Shown: in pieces, positions 1 to 9,700 of the stretch | Layout of the letters: every line of letters begins with the position of its first letter | Position numbering within the stretch: the stretch's first letter is position 1 | From: a virus | Lineage: Duplodnaviria > Caudoviricetes | Direction: 5' to 3' (one strand) | Virus record (IMG/VR): IMGVR_UViG_3300020325_000026 | Location: 1-47,080 of that record | Length of the DNA: 47,080 nucleotides | The notes under the pieces: model-generated | The model's database searches: none | Told to the model about the DNA's origin: nothing | The model's input: only the letters and a program-made list of their open reading frames with translations | Made by a program: the position numbers and the translations under genes

Positions 1-360
1 TCCTCGTTCAGTATCTCAGGTTCAAATATTGATACTACGGACGGGTCAACTGCAGGCACAGTTTCTGCTGGTACTATTACCTCAGGTGTATACAATCCTG
101 GCACGATTGCTGCTACTCAAGATACTGCTGGAGCAGCATTTAGTTTCTCCCAGTCTTACACACAGGCTGATGCAGTACCAACTAGTGCAGCAACTTTAGG
201 TGCTAATCCTAACTACGGTTCGCTTACAACTTATGCAGCTGGAAGTGCTGGAGATCTTGCTGGTACTGTAACCAGTGCAGGTGTTCTTACTATCACGGCT
301 GGTGGAGCTGGTACTAGTGCTACAGGACAATTCGTTTCTGAGATCACCGTTATCGACTGA
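1..360 (+). CDS. Partial (5'-truncated) Thr/Gly/Ala/Ser-rich cyanophage hypothetical protein, paralog of the next gene
   Basis: Open frame 1 from base 1 to TGA at 358-360 (SSFSISGSNIDTTDG...TQDTAGAAFSFSQSYTQAD...FVSEITVID*); absent from the ORF track because it lacks a start. Confidence 0.8.
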   Translation, partial: SSFSISGSNIDTTDGSTAGTVSAGTITSGVYNPGTIAATQDTAGAAFSFSQSYTQADAVPTSAATLGANPNYGSLTTYAAGSAGDLAGTVTSAGVLTITAGGAGTSATGQFVSEITVID

Positions 361-368
361 ACCTAAAT

Positions 369-806
369 ATGTCTAGATTACAAGGAACAATCGGTCTCGG
401 ATTGATTCTTGGTGCTTTACATGGGACTGTCGCAAACGCAGTCCCAGTAGTCCCAAACTTCACACAAGGCTCAATGACGAGCCACACAGAGACCACACAA
501 AAAATAACAGAGACCATCAATTCGATGGATTATAATACAGGGTATCAATACTCTGCAACAGGAAGTGGTGTGACTGCTTCTGGTAACTTATCGCCAGGAA
601 CAGGAACTAATAATGTAACTATTGATGGAGTGACATCGACATGGACAGGCGTAAACAACAAACCAACGTTCACACAAACAACGCCAGGAGCAGCGTTCCA
701 GTTCACGGAAACGTATCAAGGTCCTGGTTTAAGTCAACAAACAATTATCCAGAGGGTGACAGAAGTCACCAGCGTAACCGACACTACAAGCATCTTCTCT
801 CAGTAA
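369..806 (+). CDS. Secreted beta-rich hypothetical protein
   Basis: 145 aa; signal-peptide-like N-terminus (GTIGLGLILGALHGTVANA/V); shares TQxTxGAAFxFxxxY with the upstream ORF. Confidence 0.8.
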   Translation: MSRLQGTIGLGLILGALHGTVANAVPVVPNFTQGSMTSHTETTQKITETINSMDYNTGYQYSATGSGVTASGNLSPGTGTNNVTIDGVTSTWTGVNNKPTFTQTTPGAAFQFTETYQGPGLSQQTIIQRVTEVTSVTDTTSIFSQ

Positions 807-1654
807 TATGTCTAAGCATTGTCCCGACTGCAATCATAAACTCCCCTGCCGCGAATGCGAATGTAGGGGGTGTCAGCGCCACAGCAGCTCCAGTAGCAAA
901 TAGTTCTGGCTCAGTTACCAACCAGGCAATTCAGGTTTTACAAGGTCCATATATCACTAACACATATGGAGGTGGAATTCAATGTCAAGGTCCCACTAGA
1001 AACTTCACTCCCTATGTAACAGGAAGTGGTTCTTGGACTAAACCTTATGAAGATTATTATGACTCTCCTGTATATGATATGAGAGATCTCAATGAGGACG
1101 GAGCACCTGATAATCCTGGCGATATATTATACAACGTTCCTACAAGAACTGGACAAAAAGATAACTACAATCTTGGCATTGGTTTCTCTATGACATGGAG
1201 TACACCAACTGATAAAAAGATGCAAGAGTTGTGTAAGAAAGCAGCAACAACTCAGATTGAATTGAATGCACAACTGACTGCCAATAAGAGGCTCGACTTT
1301 GAGATCGCGAGACTCAAAAATTGTGGAGAATTATTATTAAAAGGAATTCAATTCCATCCTAGGAGTCCTTACTATAAGGTGTGTGCAGATGTGGTGGTGA
1401 ACAATCCACCAGGACATACACATCCACACGTACATGCTATCCCTTCTTCTTCTTCTTCCTCCTCGGAAACACAGAACGAAGTGCCCGAACAGCAGCAGTC
1501 ATCTGACGCTGCTCTGCTTGGCGCTCCTTTACAGATGGAGTTGGGGGCTTCTTCCCCCGTAAGGCAGCAATCTTCTTCATCACTTTCTTCACGGCAGGTT
1601 TCACCGCTTTTAACAGAAGATCAGCAAGCGGTTTTGCAAGCAGTGCCGAAGTAG
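641..1654 (+). CDS. Secreted/envelope hypothetical protein with 4 Cys in the mature part; start uncertain
   Basis: 337-aa ORF; hydrophobic signal-like segment LLSVICLSIVPTAIINSPAANA about 50 aa after the only ATG; DLNEDG Ca-binding-like motif; helical KRLDFEIARLKNCGEL segment. Confidence 0.7.
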   Translation: MDRRKQQTNVHTNNARSSVPVHGNVSRSWFKSTNNYPEGDRSHQRNRHYKHLLSVICLSIVPTAIINSPAANANVGGVSATAAPVANSSGSVTNQAIQVLQGPYITNTYGGGIQCQGPTRNFTPYVTGSGSWTKPYEDYYDSPVYDMRDLNEDGAPDNPGDILYNVPTRTGQKDNYNLGIGFSMTWSTPTDKKMQELCKKAATTQIELNAQLTANKRLDFEIARLKNCGELLLKGIQFHPRSPYYKVCADVVVNNPPGHTHPHVHAIPSSSSSSSETQNEVPEQQQSSDAALLGAPLQMELGASSPVRQQSSSSLSSRQVSPLLTEDQQAVLQAVPK

Positions 1655-2240
1655 TAGCAATAACAGCAACACCACCGACCTGAACAACCTGTCCACCACT
1701 AGGAAGTCCCGCTACTATCTGTTGAGGTAGCGGGACTTTTTCTGTTAACTGTACACACGTGTTATCAATCAGTTCATAACCAATAACTTTCTTTCTGAAT
1801 CCTTCTACGTATGTACCAACAGGTTCTTGTGCCTGCTGTACTTTAGTAGGACATTCTACCTTAGCAGTAGCAGCAGGTGTCTTAGGAATGTCAGGCGTCT
1901 TAGGAACGTCTGGTGCTGGTGGTTGTCTAGTGTCAACGTTTGGCGTGTACGTAGGTACTATCTGTTCAGGTTCAAACTGAATAGGATTATAACTAGGGAT
2001 CCCAGAATCACAATACGTAACCAATCCTCTTTCGTCATCTCCACCCACCGAATTAGATTTGTTGTTTGCCTCGTGTGCCTCAACACAGCCAGGAATATCA
2101 ACAACAGGTACACCAATATTTACCGTCACAGGTGGTGCAACTGGTATGGGAGGTGAAGTATAGTTAAGGTTATCAACAACAGTCACATCAGGAATATCAA
2201 GTCCCCCGATATTAATCTGATCAATTCTAATGTCTTCCAT
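1437..2240 (-). CDS. Pro-rich membrane-anchored hypothetical protein
   Basis: ORF 1437-2246, likely start MEDIRID at 2240; two Cys pairs, hydrophobic segment, then a highly basic C-tail. Confidence 0.75.
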   Translation of the reverse strand: MEDIRIDQINIGGLDIPDVTVVDNLNYTSPPIPVAPPVTVNIGVPVVDIPGCVEAHEANNKSNSVGGDDERGLVTYCDSGIPSYNPIQFEPEQIVPTYTPNVDTRQPPAPDVPKTPDIPKTPAATAKVECPTKVQQAQEPVGTYVEGFRKKVIGYELIDNTCVQLTEKVPLPQQIVAGLPSGGQVVQVGGVAVIATTSALLAKPLADLLLKAVKPAVKKVMKKIAALRGKKPPTPSVKERQAEQRQMTAAVRALRSVFPRRKKKKKG

Positions 2241-2866
2241 CAGCAATCATTAAATACTTGTCCTACTTGTGATCCTAATTCGGATCCTGCTTTCTGTCCT
2301 AGGAGTAATGCCCAACCACCTGCTAACCATCCAATGTAAGGGATGCCAGAGAGCGCAGGAGCGGCAACACCAGCGGCGATAGCACTACCCGCCATTGCAC
2401 CTTGTGACCGTGCTCCAGCGTCCGCCACGATGCATTCTATGTCTTTCGCAGACTTTCCCTCTTCTGTGATCCCACCTCCCATGTTACGGGTGCCTTCACG
2501 GGTGTATTGATCGCGACGATATTCTTGGCGTAGTTCTGAACCACCACCAAAGAGTCCTCTCTTATCTTTATCTAGATCAAGAGATCTTTCTGACTCTAAA
2601 ATTTTTGGATCGTCAGCACGATATTCAATACGATAACCATCCTTTCCTGCTTCGATTGTATACGATGAGTAAGGACCACGAGGAAGATTAAATGTAGGAG
2701 GTTGAACTACGGGTTCAGGTTCCTGTCTAACGATATAACCAAGTAAACCAATATGTGCTACAGCAAATAGACCACCAATACTGGCAGCAACTATCTTAAA
2801 TGTAGATGGTTTCTTGGTTGGTTCTGTTGGAACGTAATCTTCCTTCTCGTGGTTGAATATACTCAT
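2240..2866 (-). CDS. Membrane protein with N-terminal TM and C-terminal glycine-zipper-like region
   Basis: TM IVAASIGGLFAVAHIGLLGYIV; GAMAGSAIAAG...GWLAGGWALLLGQKAGSELG. Confidence 0.75.
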   Translation of the reverse strand: MSIFNHEKEDYVPTEPTKKPSTFKIVAASIGGLFAVAHIGLLGYIVRQEPEPVVQPPTFNLPRGPYSSYTIEAGKDGYRIEYRADDPKILESERSLDLDKDKRGLFGGGSELRQEYRRDQYTREGTRNMGGGITEEGKSAKDIECIVADAGARSQGAMAGSAIAAGVAAPALSGIPYIGWLAGGWALLLGQKAGSELGSQVGQVFNDC

Positions 2867-2868
2867 GG

Positions 2869-3093
2869 TTAGAATGGCATAGCGGGACCTGTCGTCTTAG
2901 GCATTTCTGGCATAGACTTATTCACTAAAGCAGGGAGAGCATCAGTGATAGCTTCAGTAACTGCTACAGTTACTTTCTCTCTAGCGTTTTCTACTAGAAC
3001 ATCTTTATTCATATAAAGATAAGCACCCCCACCGATGACTGCCAGTGAAGTCAGTCCCGATAGAAGTGCTACAACGTTAATCAGTTTTTGCAT
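2869..3093 (-). CDS. Small single-TM hypothetical protein
   Basis: Likely start MQKLINVVALLSGLTSLAVIGGGAYLY at 3093 (track ORF extended to 3144). Confidence 0.75.
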   Translation of the reverse strand: MQKLINVVALLSGLTSLAVIGGGAYLYMNKDVLVENAREKVTVAVTEAITDALPALVNKSMPEMPKTTGPAMPF

Positions 3094-3376
3094 TTTGTTC
3101 CTCTTTTTTACCAATAGGGGGTGCTTTCTTAGGAGCAGATCCATTCTTGGCAGGAGACAATCCGAACGCAGCTAAGGATCCACTGAACACCGAGGCGATG
3201 AAGGTGGGATCAAAATCTAGAATCTTTTGACCGTTGGGCAAGCGAACGTAGCTGAATGTAAGAAGGGATGCAGACCAGATAAGGACTACAACTTTCACCA
3301 AATTACCAAGAACTTCACTTTTATCTTCATCCTGTTCCTTCTCTTCAGCAACGACTTTAGATTTATCTTCAGTCAT
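3077..3376 (-). CDS. Small two-TM membrane protein (holin-like topology, function unknown)
   Basis: Two hydrophobic segments with charged termini; late promoter 22 nt upstream. Confidence 0.7.
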   Translation of the reverse strand: MTEDKSKVVAEEKEQDEDKSEVLGNLVKVVVLIWSASLLTFSYVRLPNGQKILDFDPTFIASVFSGSLAAFGLSPAKNGSAPKKAPPIGKKEEQNAKTD

Positions 3377-3397
3377 GTTGATGGAGTTAGGCAGCTC

Positions 3398-3404
3398 TAT
3401 TTAT
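3398..3404 (-). promoter_or_regulatory. T4-type late promoter (cATAAATA)
   Basis: ATAAATA overlapping the upstream stop codon, in the loop of an AGGCA/TGCCT inverted repeat. Confidence 0.6.
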
Positions 3405-6400
3405 GCCTGTGCCTCTTTCCATGAGAAACGTGCGTCGATGTTCTTGTTTCCGTTGGTTAGGTTTCTAACACGAATAGCAAGAACCTCAGGACCATCTGGG
3501 AAGATACCAGTTGGGTTTGGTGCAGTAGTATTCAGGTATTGATCTGATCCACCACCTAGAATAGAGTTAGAGATCTCCTTAACTTCTGATAGGTCGTAAC
3601 TAGATACACCATTATCAGAATAGAATCCGAAGATAACTTCTCCTCCAGTTAGTTCTGCTTGAGTTCCAAGAACCGCATACTGTGCAAGAGATGTACCACC
3701 AACATTAATCCAGTTAGTAGTAATACTAGTGACAGGATTCAACACCAACTCAACGAAGAACTTACCGTTAGATGAGATGTCAACCTGACGTAGAACCAAC
3801 TGCATTCTGTTAACAAGTTCTCTAGTACCAAAGTTACCAGGAATACCATTGTCAACTGATGGTGCTACACGTAGAGCAATAATCGCTCGGGTTGAACCTG
3901 CACTAATACCACGCTGTTGTTTCGTAGCAGCGGTGTAAACATATGCTCGGTCATCGTCTAGTCTACCATCCATGATAATAGATGAACCCCAGTGACTAAT
4001 TTGTGGTACAGATGTTGCACCGATTAGTTCTACACCCACAGGTTGAGTGACATCATAGTTAAAGTTCTGTGCCGATGTAGATCCAAGAGGAACAAATCTA
4101 ACAGAAGATGGGTTCGCACTCGTCACTGCTCTACTCAATGAAATATTGGAACCACTAATAGAATGAACAAAAGTGTCAGCAGGGATACCAGATCCAACAA
4201 CTCTTTGTCCTTTCTGAATACCAGTAGCAGAAGATACAGTACCAGACGATGCACCTGATCCCATAGTCAAGTTAACACTTGAATTACCTGCTTGTTCTCT
4301 AGTGATACCAGTGAATGATCCAGAGAATGCACGTGCTAGTGGAGACAATGGAGATCCAACTTGTGTATCAAGAGAGATACCAGTTGAATCACCCTGAGTT
4401 AGAGTGACTTTGAATGTTGTAGCAGATGGTACTGCAGCAACAAAGTATGGTTTGTTAGCAACAATATTAGAGAAAGGTTGATCGAAGATAATAGTCTGCT
4501 GACCGCCAGGACTTAGACCAGTTGTGGATGCAACCTCAATAGTATTTGCAGATCCACTTACATTAATAACATCCTGAACGAATTCAGTCTTACCAGTGTA
4601 GTTGATATATTCTTGTGTACCTGCAGTAGCACCACTAGTTCTCTTAACACGAAGAGTTCCTGATGATGGGAAGTGTGTTGGTGCTGTATTCAGGAACATC
4701 GTAGTATCTCCACTGGAGAATGTCTTCGATGTAGTAGTAGCAGGAGGTAGAGTATTAACTTCATAACGAGCAGGTAGGTTACCTGATCTCATGTATGCTT
4801 CAGTGTTCTGGTTGTTGTTAGGAATCTTGTGAGCGTAGATAACGTCACCATCCAAAGCACGGAAACCCCAACGTACAAAACCTGCGCCATACCAAGAGTA
4901 GTCCATGTAGAACATCTGCATCTTGGTTGGGTCAAGAGTATAACCAGACTTACCAGTACCATCACAACGGTCAATGTTCCAGTCAGACTGATTCCATTCC
5001 GTCTCAACAGTTTTAGTTACAATCATGTTCTCTGCAGCAAGTGCTCCAGAATCATTTGGTCCACGATAGTCAGGGAAGATAACCAACTGTGTATCAGAGA
5101 TGATACCATCAACACGATAGGAAGAACCACGGAGAACAATGTAGTCACCTGGCTTCAACTGCTTAGAGAACTTAGTTCCCTGTCCATTAGCAGCAGTGTA
5201 ACTGGAAACCAAAGTGCTTCCATTTGCTACAGAAACTCTACCTGCTAATTGGAATGTAGAAGTTCTACGTACAACACTAAGGTTACCACTTGCCCAACGG
5301 AAGAAGATACCATTCTGTTGATCCATCATACCAAGTTCTAACTTGGTTCCATAAGAATTAACTGGAGTTACAGTGTATTCACCAGAAGCTTCTGTTTCGG
5401 ATGGAGCATCGGTAGCAGTGTACTGGAAAGTATATGGATCAATGACATTACTAACAGTGTAAACACCATTATAATTGTTATCAGTTACACCACGAACATC
5501 AACAACTGTATCTCTAGTTACGTTGTGTGCCTCAGAAGAAACAACAGTTACAGTAGTACCAGATGCCGAGATACTATCGAGGTTTGGTAGTGCTGGTTCC
5601 AAGATAGAACCAGTGGAGAATGCAACACCCTTACCAGACTGATAACGGAAATATCTTTTTGTTTGTCTAATTGCTTGCTGATTCTTAGAAGCAGAGTTAG
5701 TAGAGAACTTAACACCACCATCAAAAGATCTATGTACAGATGCTCCCTGTGGTCTTGGATATAATTTGATAGTTCCACTGTTTACAGAACCAGATGGTGC
5801 TGCATCAGGGAAGTAGAAGAAGGTAGTTGGGTTTTGTACTCTAGCAACAACCCATGATCCGTTTACATTAGTACCACTAGATCCAGCAATTGCAATCTCG
5901 TTACCAACTTCTAGACCATGTGCTTGTGATGTTTGTACTTCAATCGCACCAGACATCACACCAGATGGTGTGGACAAACTAATTGTTCCACCAAGATCAG
6001 ATCCACTAAAGTGAATGCCCTGATAGATAGCAGTTCTAGCAGGAGTGTATACGTTCTGTGCGCCCTGAGTCCAATCATACTTTGCAGTATATTTGAAACC
6101 AACAAACTGTCCTACTAGACTTACGCTATCAATAATAAAGACACCATTTGCACCTTGGAATTCTGAGTCCTGAACATAGATAGCAGAACCAGCAGATGGT
6201 GGGTTAGAACAAGAAACAGCAACCTCTCTACTATTAGTAGTAGTTTGCATCTCAGTAATCACAATAGGATCCTGTGACTTATATGCAAATGGGTTGTTGT
6301 TGATCATTGCCAACCCTTCCCACTTGGTATCCTGAGTACCATACTCAAAGTCAGTATCAATCTGTGACTGTGGTTGGGAAATCTTTGACTTGTTTACAGC

Positions 6401-6712
6401 ATCATTATATGTTTCTGCTGGTCTGATAGTTTCTTCAAAGTCATCGTAAACAATCTGCAACTTGTCTGTGTCAGACATGCTGGTTGTATTATATGCCAAT
6501 ACAACTCTGGTAGTAGTATTGTTACGAATGTCAGTCGCAATCTCATACGTGGTAGCGGTCAGTTCAGGATCCGAGAAATTATAGATGACTTTATTCTCAG
6601 TCACGTTAGTGATAAGAACAAGTTGCTCGCGCTGAATACCACCTGGAATGATTACCTCTCTAGCGGAAGCATCAAAAAGATAATAATTACTCTTAATGGA
6701 TTTCCTTGCCAT
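3401..6712 (-). CDS. Large virion structural protein (tail/baseplate-associated)
   Basis: 1103 aa, Ser/Thr/Gly-rich; repeated H-G/N-L/V-x-x-x-x-x-I/V...NG-x-W/Y-x-V beta modules; late promoter upstream; in the tail gene block. Confidence 0.7.
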   Translation of the reverse strand: MARKSIKSNYYLFDASAREVIIPGGIQREQLVLITNVTENKVIYNFSDPELTATTYEIATDIRNNTTTRVVLAYNTTSMSDTDKLQIVYDDFEETIRPAETYNDAVNKSKISQPQSQIDTDFEYGTQDTKWEGLAMINNNPFAYKSQDPIVITEMQTTTNSREVAVSCSNPPSAGSAIYVQDSEFQGANGVFIIDSVSLVGQFVGFKYTAKYDWTQGAQNVYTPARTAIYQGIHFSGSDLGGTISLSTPSGVMSGAIEVQTSQAHGLEVGNEIAIAGSSGTNVNGSWVVARVQNPTTFFYFPDAAPSGSVNSGTIKLYPRPQGASVHRSFDGGVKFSTNSASKNQQAIRQTKRYFRYQSGKGVAFSTGSILEPALPNLDSISASGTTVTVVSSEAHNVTRDTVVDVRGVTDNNYNGVYTVSNVIDPYTFQYTATDAPSETEASGEYTVTPVNSYGTKLELGMMDQQNGIFFRWASGNLSVVRRTSTFQLAGRVSVANGSTLVSSYTAANGQGTKFSKQLKPGDYIVLRGSSYRVDGIISDTQLVIFPDYRGPNDSGALAAENMIVTKTVETEWNQSDWNIDRCDGTGKSGYTLDPTKMQMFYMDYSWYGAGFVRWGFRALDGDVIYAHKIPNNNQNTEAYMRSGNLPARYEVNTLPPATTTSKTFSSGDTTMFLNTAPTHFPSSGTLRVKRTSGATAGTQEYINYTGKTEFVQDVINVSGSANTIEVASTTGLSPGGQQTIIFDQPFSNIVANKPYFVAAVPSATTFKVTLTQGDSTGISLDTQVGSPLSPLARAFSGSFTGITREQAGNSSVNLTMGSGASSGTVSSATGIQKGQRVVGSGIPADTFVHSISGSNISLSRAVTSANPSSVRFVPLGSTSAQNFNYDVTQPVGVELIGATSVPQISHWGSSIIMDGRLDDDRAYVYTAATKQQRGISAGSTRAIIALRVAPSVDNGIPGNFGTRELVNRMQLVLRQVDISSNGKFFVELVLNPVTSITTNWINVGGTSLAQYAVLGTQAELTGGEVIFGFYSDNGVSSYDLSEVKEISNSILGGGSDQYLNTTAPNPTGIFPDGPEVLAIRVRNLTNGNKNIDARFSWKEAQA

Positions 6713-6747
6713 TACCTATGTTCCTCGGATTGATATTATGCTTTATC

Positions 6748-6754
6748 TATTTAT
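6748..6754 (-). promoter_or_regulatory. T4-type late promoter (gATAAATA)
   Basis: ATAAATA upstream of GAGG Shine-Dalgarno-like sequence and ATG at 6712. Confidence 0.65.
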
Positions 6755-9700
6755 CAGAGACCGTACTTGGCACGGGTAGCATTCCAGTTGCCTTCTCTTT
6801 CTGCGTCTGTTAAATCTTTACCATAGATTCTAAGTTCTGCTATCCTTCCTTTGAATCCAACACCAGATCTATTTACTATCTGTTGTAGTGGTTCACTGTG
6901 TCCTGTATTCATTGCGAAGGTATTATTAATCCACGCTTGAATAGACACAGAAGTAGCAGCAGGGAATGGACTGAACTTCACTACCACATGATTCCACTGC
7001 CCTGCTGTAAGAGTTTGCGTACTAAAATTGCTAACTGTAGAAGAATAGTTATATCTAATCTTTCCAGCATCAGATCCACCTTGCTCTAGTTCAATTTTAT
7101 AAGTACCATCACTCAACAGATCAGCAATATCAGACGATCCAGTATAAGCATCTGGTTTGATCCACAATTCAGCAGTCCAAGATACTGTGGAAGAACTACC
7201 ATCACTGACAGTAATACTTGGATTTGAGAACGTTATAAATTCAAAGCTTCCATTACATCTCACAGTTCCATCAATGAATTGATTCTTTGGTTCATCATTA
7301 AAAGTTCCACCAGTTTCAGTGGGAACAAGACTATTGATTCCATATGATAGATTAATCGAAGTTCCATATGTTGGAACGTATCTACCAACATTAGAACCTC
7401 TCTCAACTTGAGGATGCCACAGGTAGAAACCTGCATTCTGATCATTAACAACTGCTTGGAAACCTCTAGTAGTTCCAGTAGAAGGAGTACCAGTATGTGT
7501 ATACCTTACCCACTCTGTTGTCAATTGATGATTAGTAGTAGCACCATCATCAAATCCTAGTTGAACAGTTTCTCCACCAACTTTTCCTCTTAGGTAAGCA
7601 CTAACAGTATAAGTTTGTCCAGATTGAACTAGAGCACTACCGCCACTGTTAGATACAAACCAATGAATACCATAAGCATTACCAGCAGCACAATTACTAG
7701 TGGTTCTATAGAAACCAATAGCAGTATTGTCTCCAACTGGAGTTAAGACCTCTGTTGTGTTAACATCTACTCCATTGTAACCTTTAGTTCCTGCTCCACA
7801 ATACCCAAGCCAGCCAGGATGATTCCAATCTTCACTACCAAATAGTATATTCGTAGCAGGATCATAGCATGCTTTATTTCCAAAGTCATAGTTCAGAAGC
7901 GAACTACTATCGACTAGAATAGGATCATTAGTAACCCTAGGTGCTGTGTCAGATGCTTCAGCTATGTACTTAGACTTAGTAGAGTTGTAGTTCTGGAAGA
8001 CTTGTGCTGCTGTTAGAGCTCTTCGATAGATACGAACTTCTCCAATCTTACCATCCATAGGACCGATTGATGAATCGTTTCTGTCACCAATACCAAGATC
8101 AACATCAGGACCACCAAAATCAAAACCATTACATGATTGTGAAAAATCTTCTACACCATCTAGATAAAACTTTAGAGTGTTACTAACTGAGTCGAGCACA
8201 AACATAACATGATGCCATTCACCAGTGTTGATAGTAGTGGAACTATTAAAGTATCCATTGCCATGGAAACCACCACGGAAACGGTCATCCGTTATTTCAA
8301 AATCCCATCTATTTGGATTTGTGTTGGGAGTTGAATCATACCCACTGATGATTGTTTGTCTGGTAGTTACATCATCAAAGTTTACCCATAGTTCAATACT
8401 AGAATTAGCACTGAGGATAGTATTACATGGTGGACCCACAAGTTTATCATTTGTTCCATCAAACTCCCAGTATCCAGCAGCATTAAGAGTGGCACCATCT
8501 ACTTCAACGTCATTTCCTTTGCCAGATTCATCTAGTACGAAAGTTGTGTTACTACCACCTGCTGATGAAGAAACATCAGCGGTATTTGTGTCAGGGAATT
8601 GTCTGTTAGCACCCCAGATAACTCTCACAGCACCAGGACCACCTTGGTTTCCTTCCCATCTACCAGTGAATCCACCACCATATGTACCACCTGTTACACT
8701 GGCAGCATTTTCAGTTCCTTGTGCAATACCAGCAGTACCACCTGATCCACCGCCGCCACCGCCGCTTCCAGAACTTCCAGTGGTGCCTTTACCTAAGACA
8801 CCGACACCACCACCGCCGTTGTATGCCCAGTCACCACCAGCACCAGCACCAGAGTTAGCATCAGGACCAACGGTATATCCGATCTCAGCATCACCACCAT
8901 TTCCAGAGTATCCACCAGCACCACCGCCAGAATATCCACCACCATTGTAAGAGTATCCACCGTCACCACCACCATCATATTGTCCCTGCTGGGTTGCGCG
9001 TGTTGTTGAACCAGTGACACCACCTTCAGCAACAACTGTTGCTCCACTAGAAACAAACTGAGAAAGAGTGCCACTAGTGCCATTATTGCTTCCTGCTCCA
9101 CCTATATTATAACCAGGAGCACCAACTTGAATGTTGTAGTTTGCGCCTGGAACTACAGTAATATTGTTTTTATATGCTAGGGCACCACCACCTGCGCCGC
9201 CGCCACCAACACAGACGACAGATACAGATGTTACTCCAGCAGGAGCGGTGAATACTTGATCTCTTTCTCCTAAGTCATACCCACCATCGAATAGAAGATA
9301 ACCATCAACTAGAATACCACAGAAACCAGCATCATAACTTGGATCATCAGTTCTCTGGAAGAATATAGTGTTAAGAGTTCCACTACCAGAAGCAACAGTT
9401 TTCCATCCATTAATATGTTGAACGCTGGATCCAGTAGCACTAGTTTGATTTAACCAAGTAGCAGTTACATTATTGTTATCAAGAATTCTAACTTGAGAAC
9501 TATATGGAATAGGATTTGTAAAAGTCAATAACAATCCACCAACACCCTCAGATCTAAAGTTAGATCCACTGTTTGTAATTGGAAATGTAAAAGCATTTGA
9601 TTCAGTTTTCAACTGACCAGATGACAGCATGCTAGTGTAATCAGCCTGACTTCTAACAAATAGTTGTTGTCCTTGAGCAGGACCTGAGGCACTAGCAACT

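Noticed and set aside
363-369. CTAAATA on the plus strand as a late promoter
   Set aside because: It overlaps the ATG of the next gene, leaving no room for a transcript start; probably an AT-rich spacer
8225-8950. 241-aa Pro-rich plus-strand ORF and similar antisense ORFs (11266-11862, 13573-14097, 36894-37466)
   Set aside because: In-register antisense shadows of Gly/Thr-rich sense genes (GGT read as CCA/ACC)
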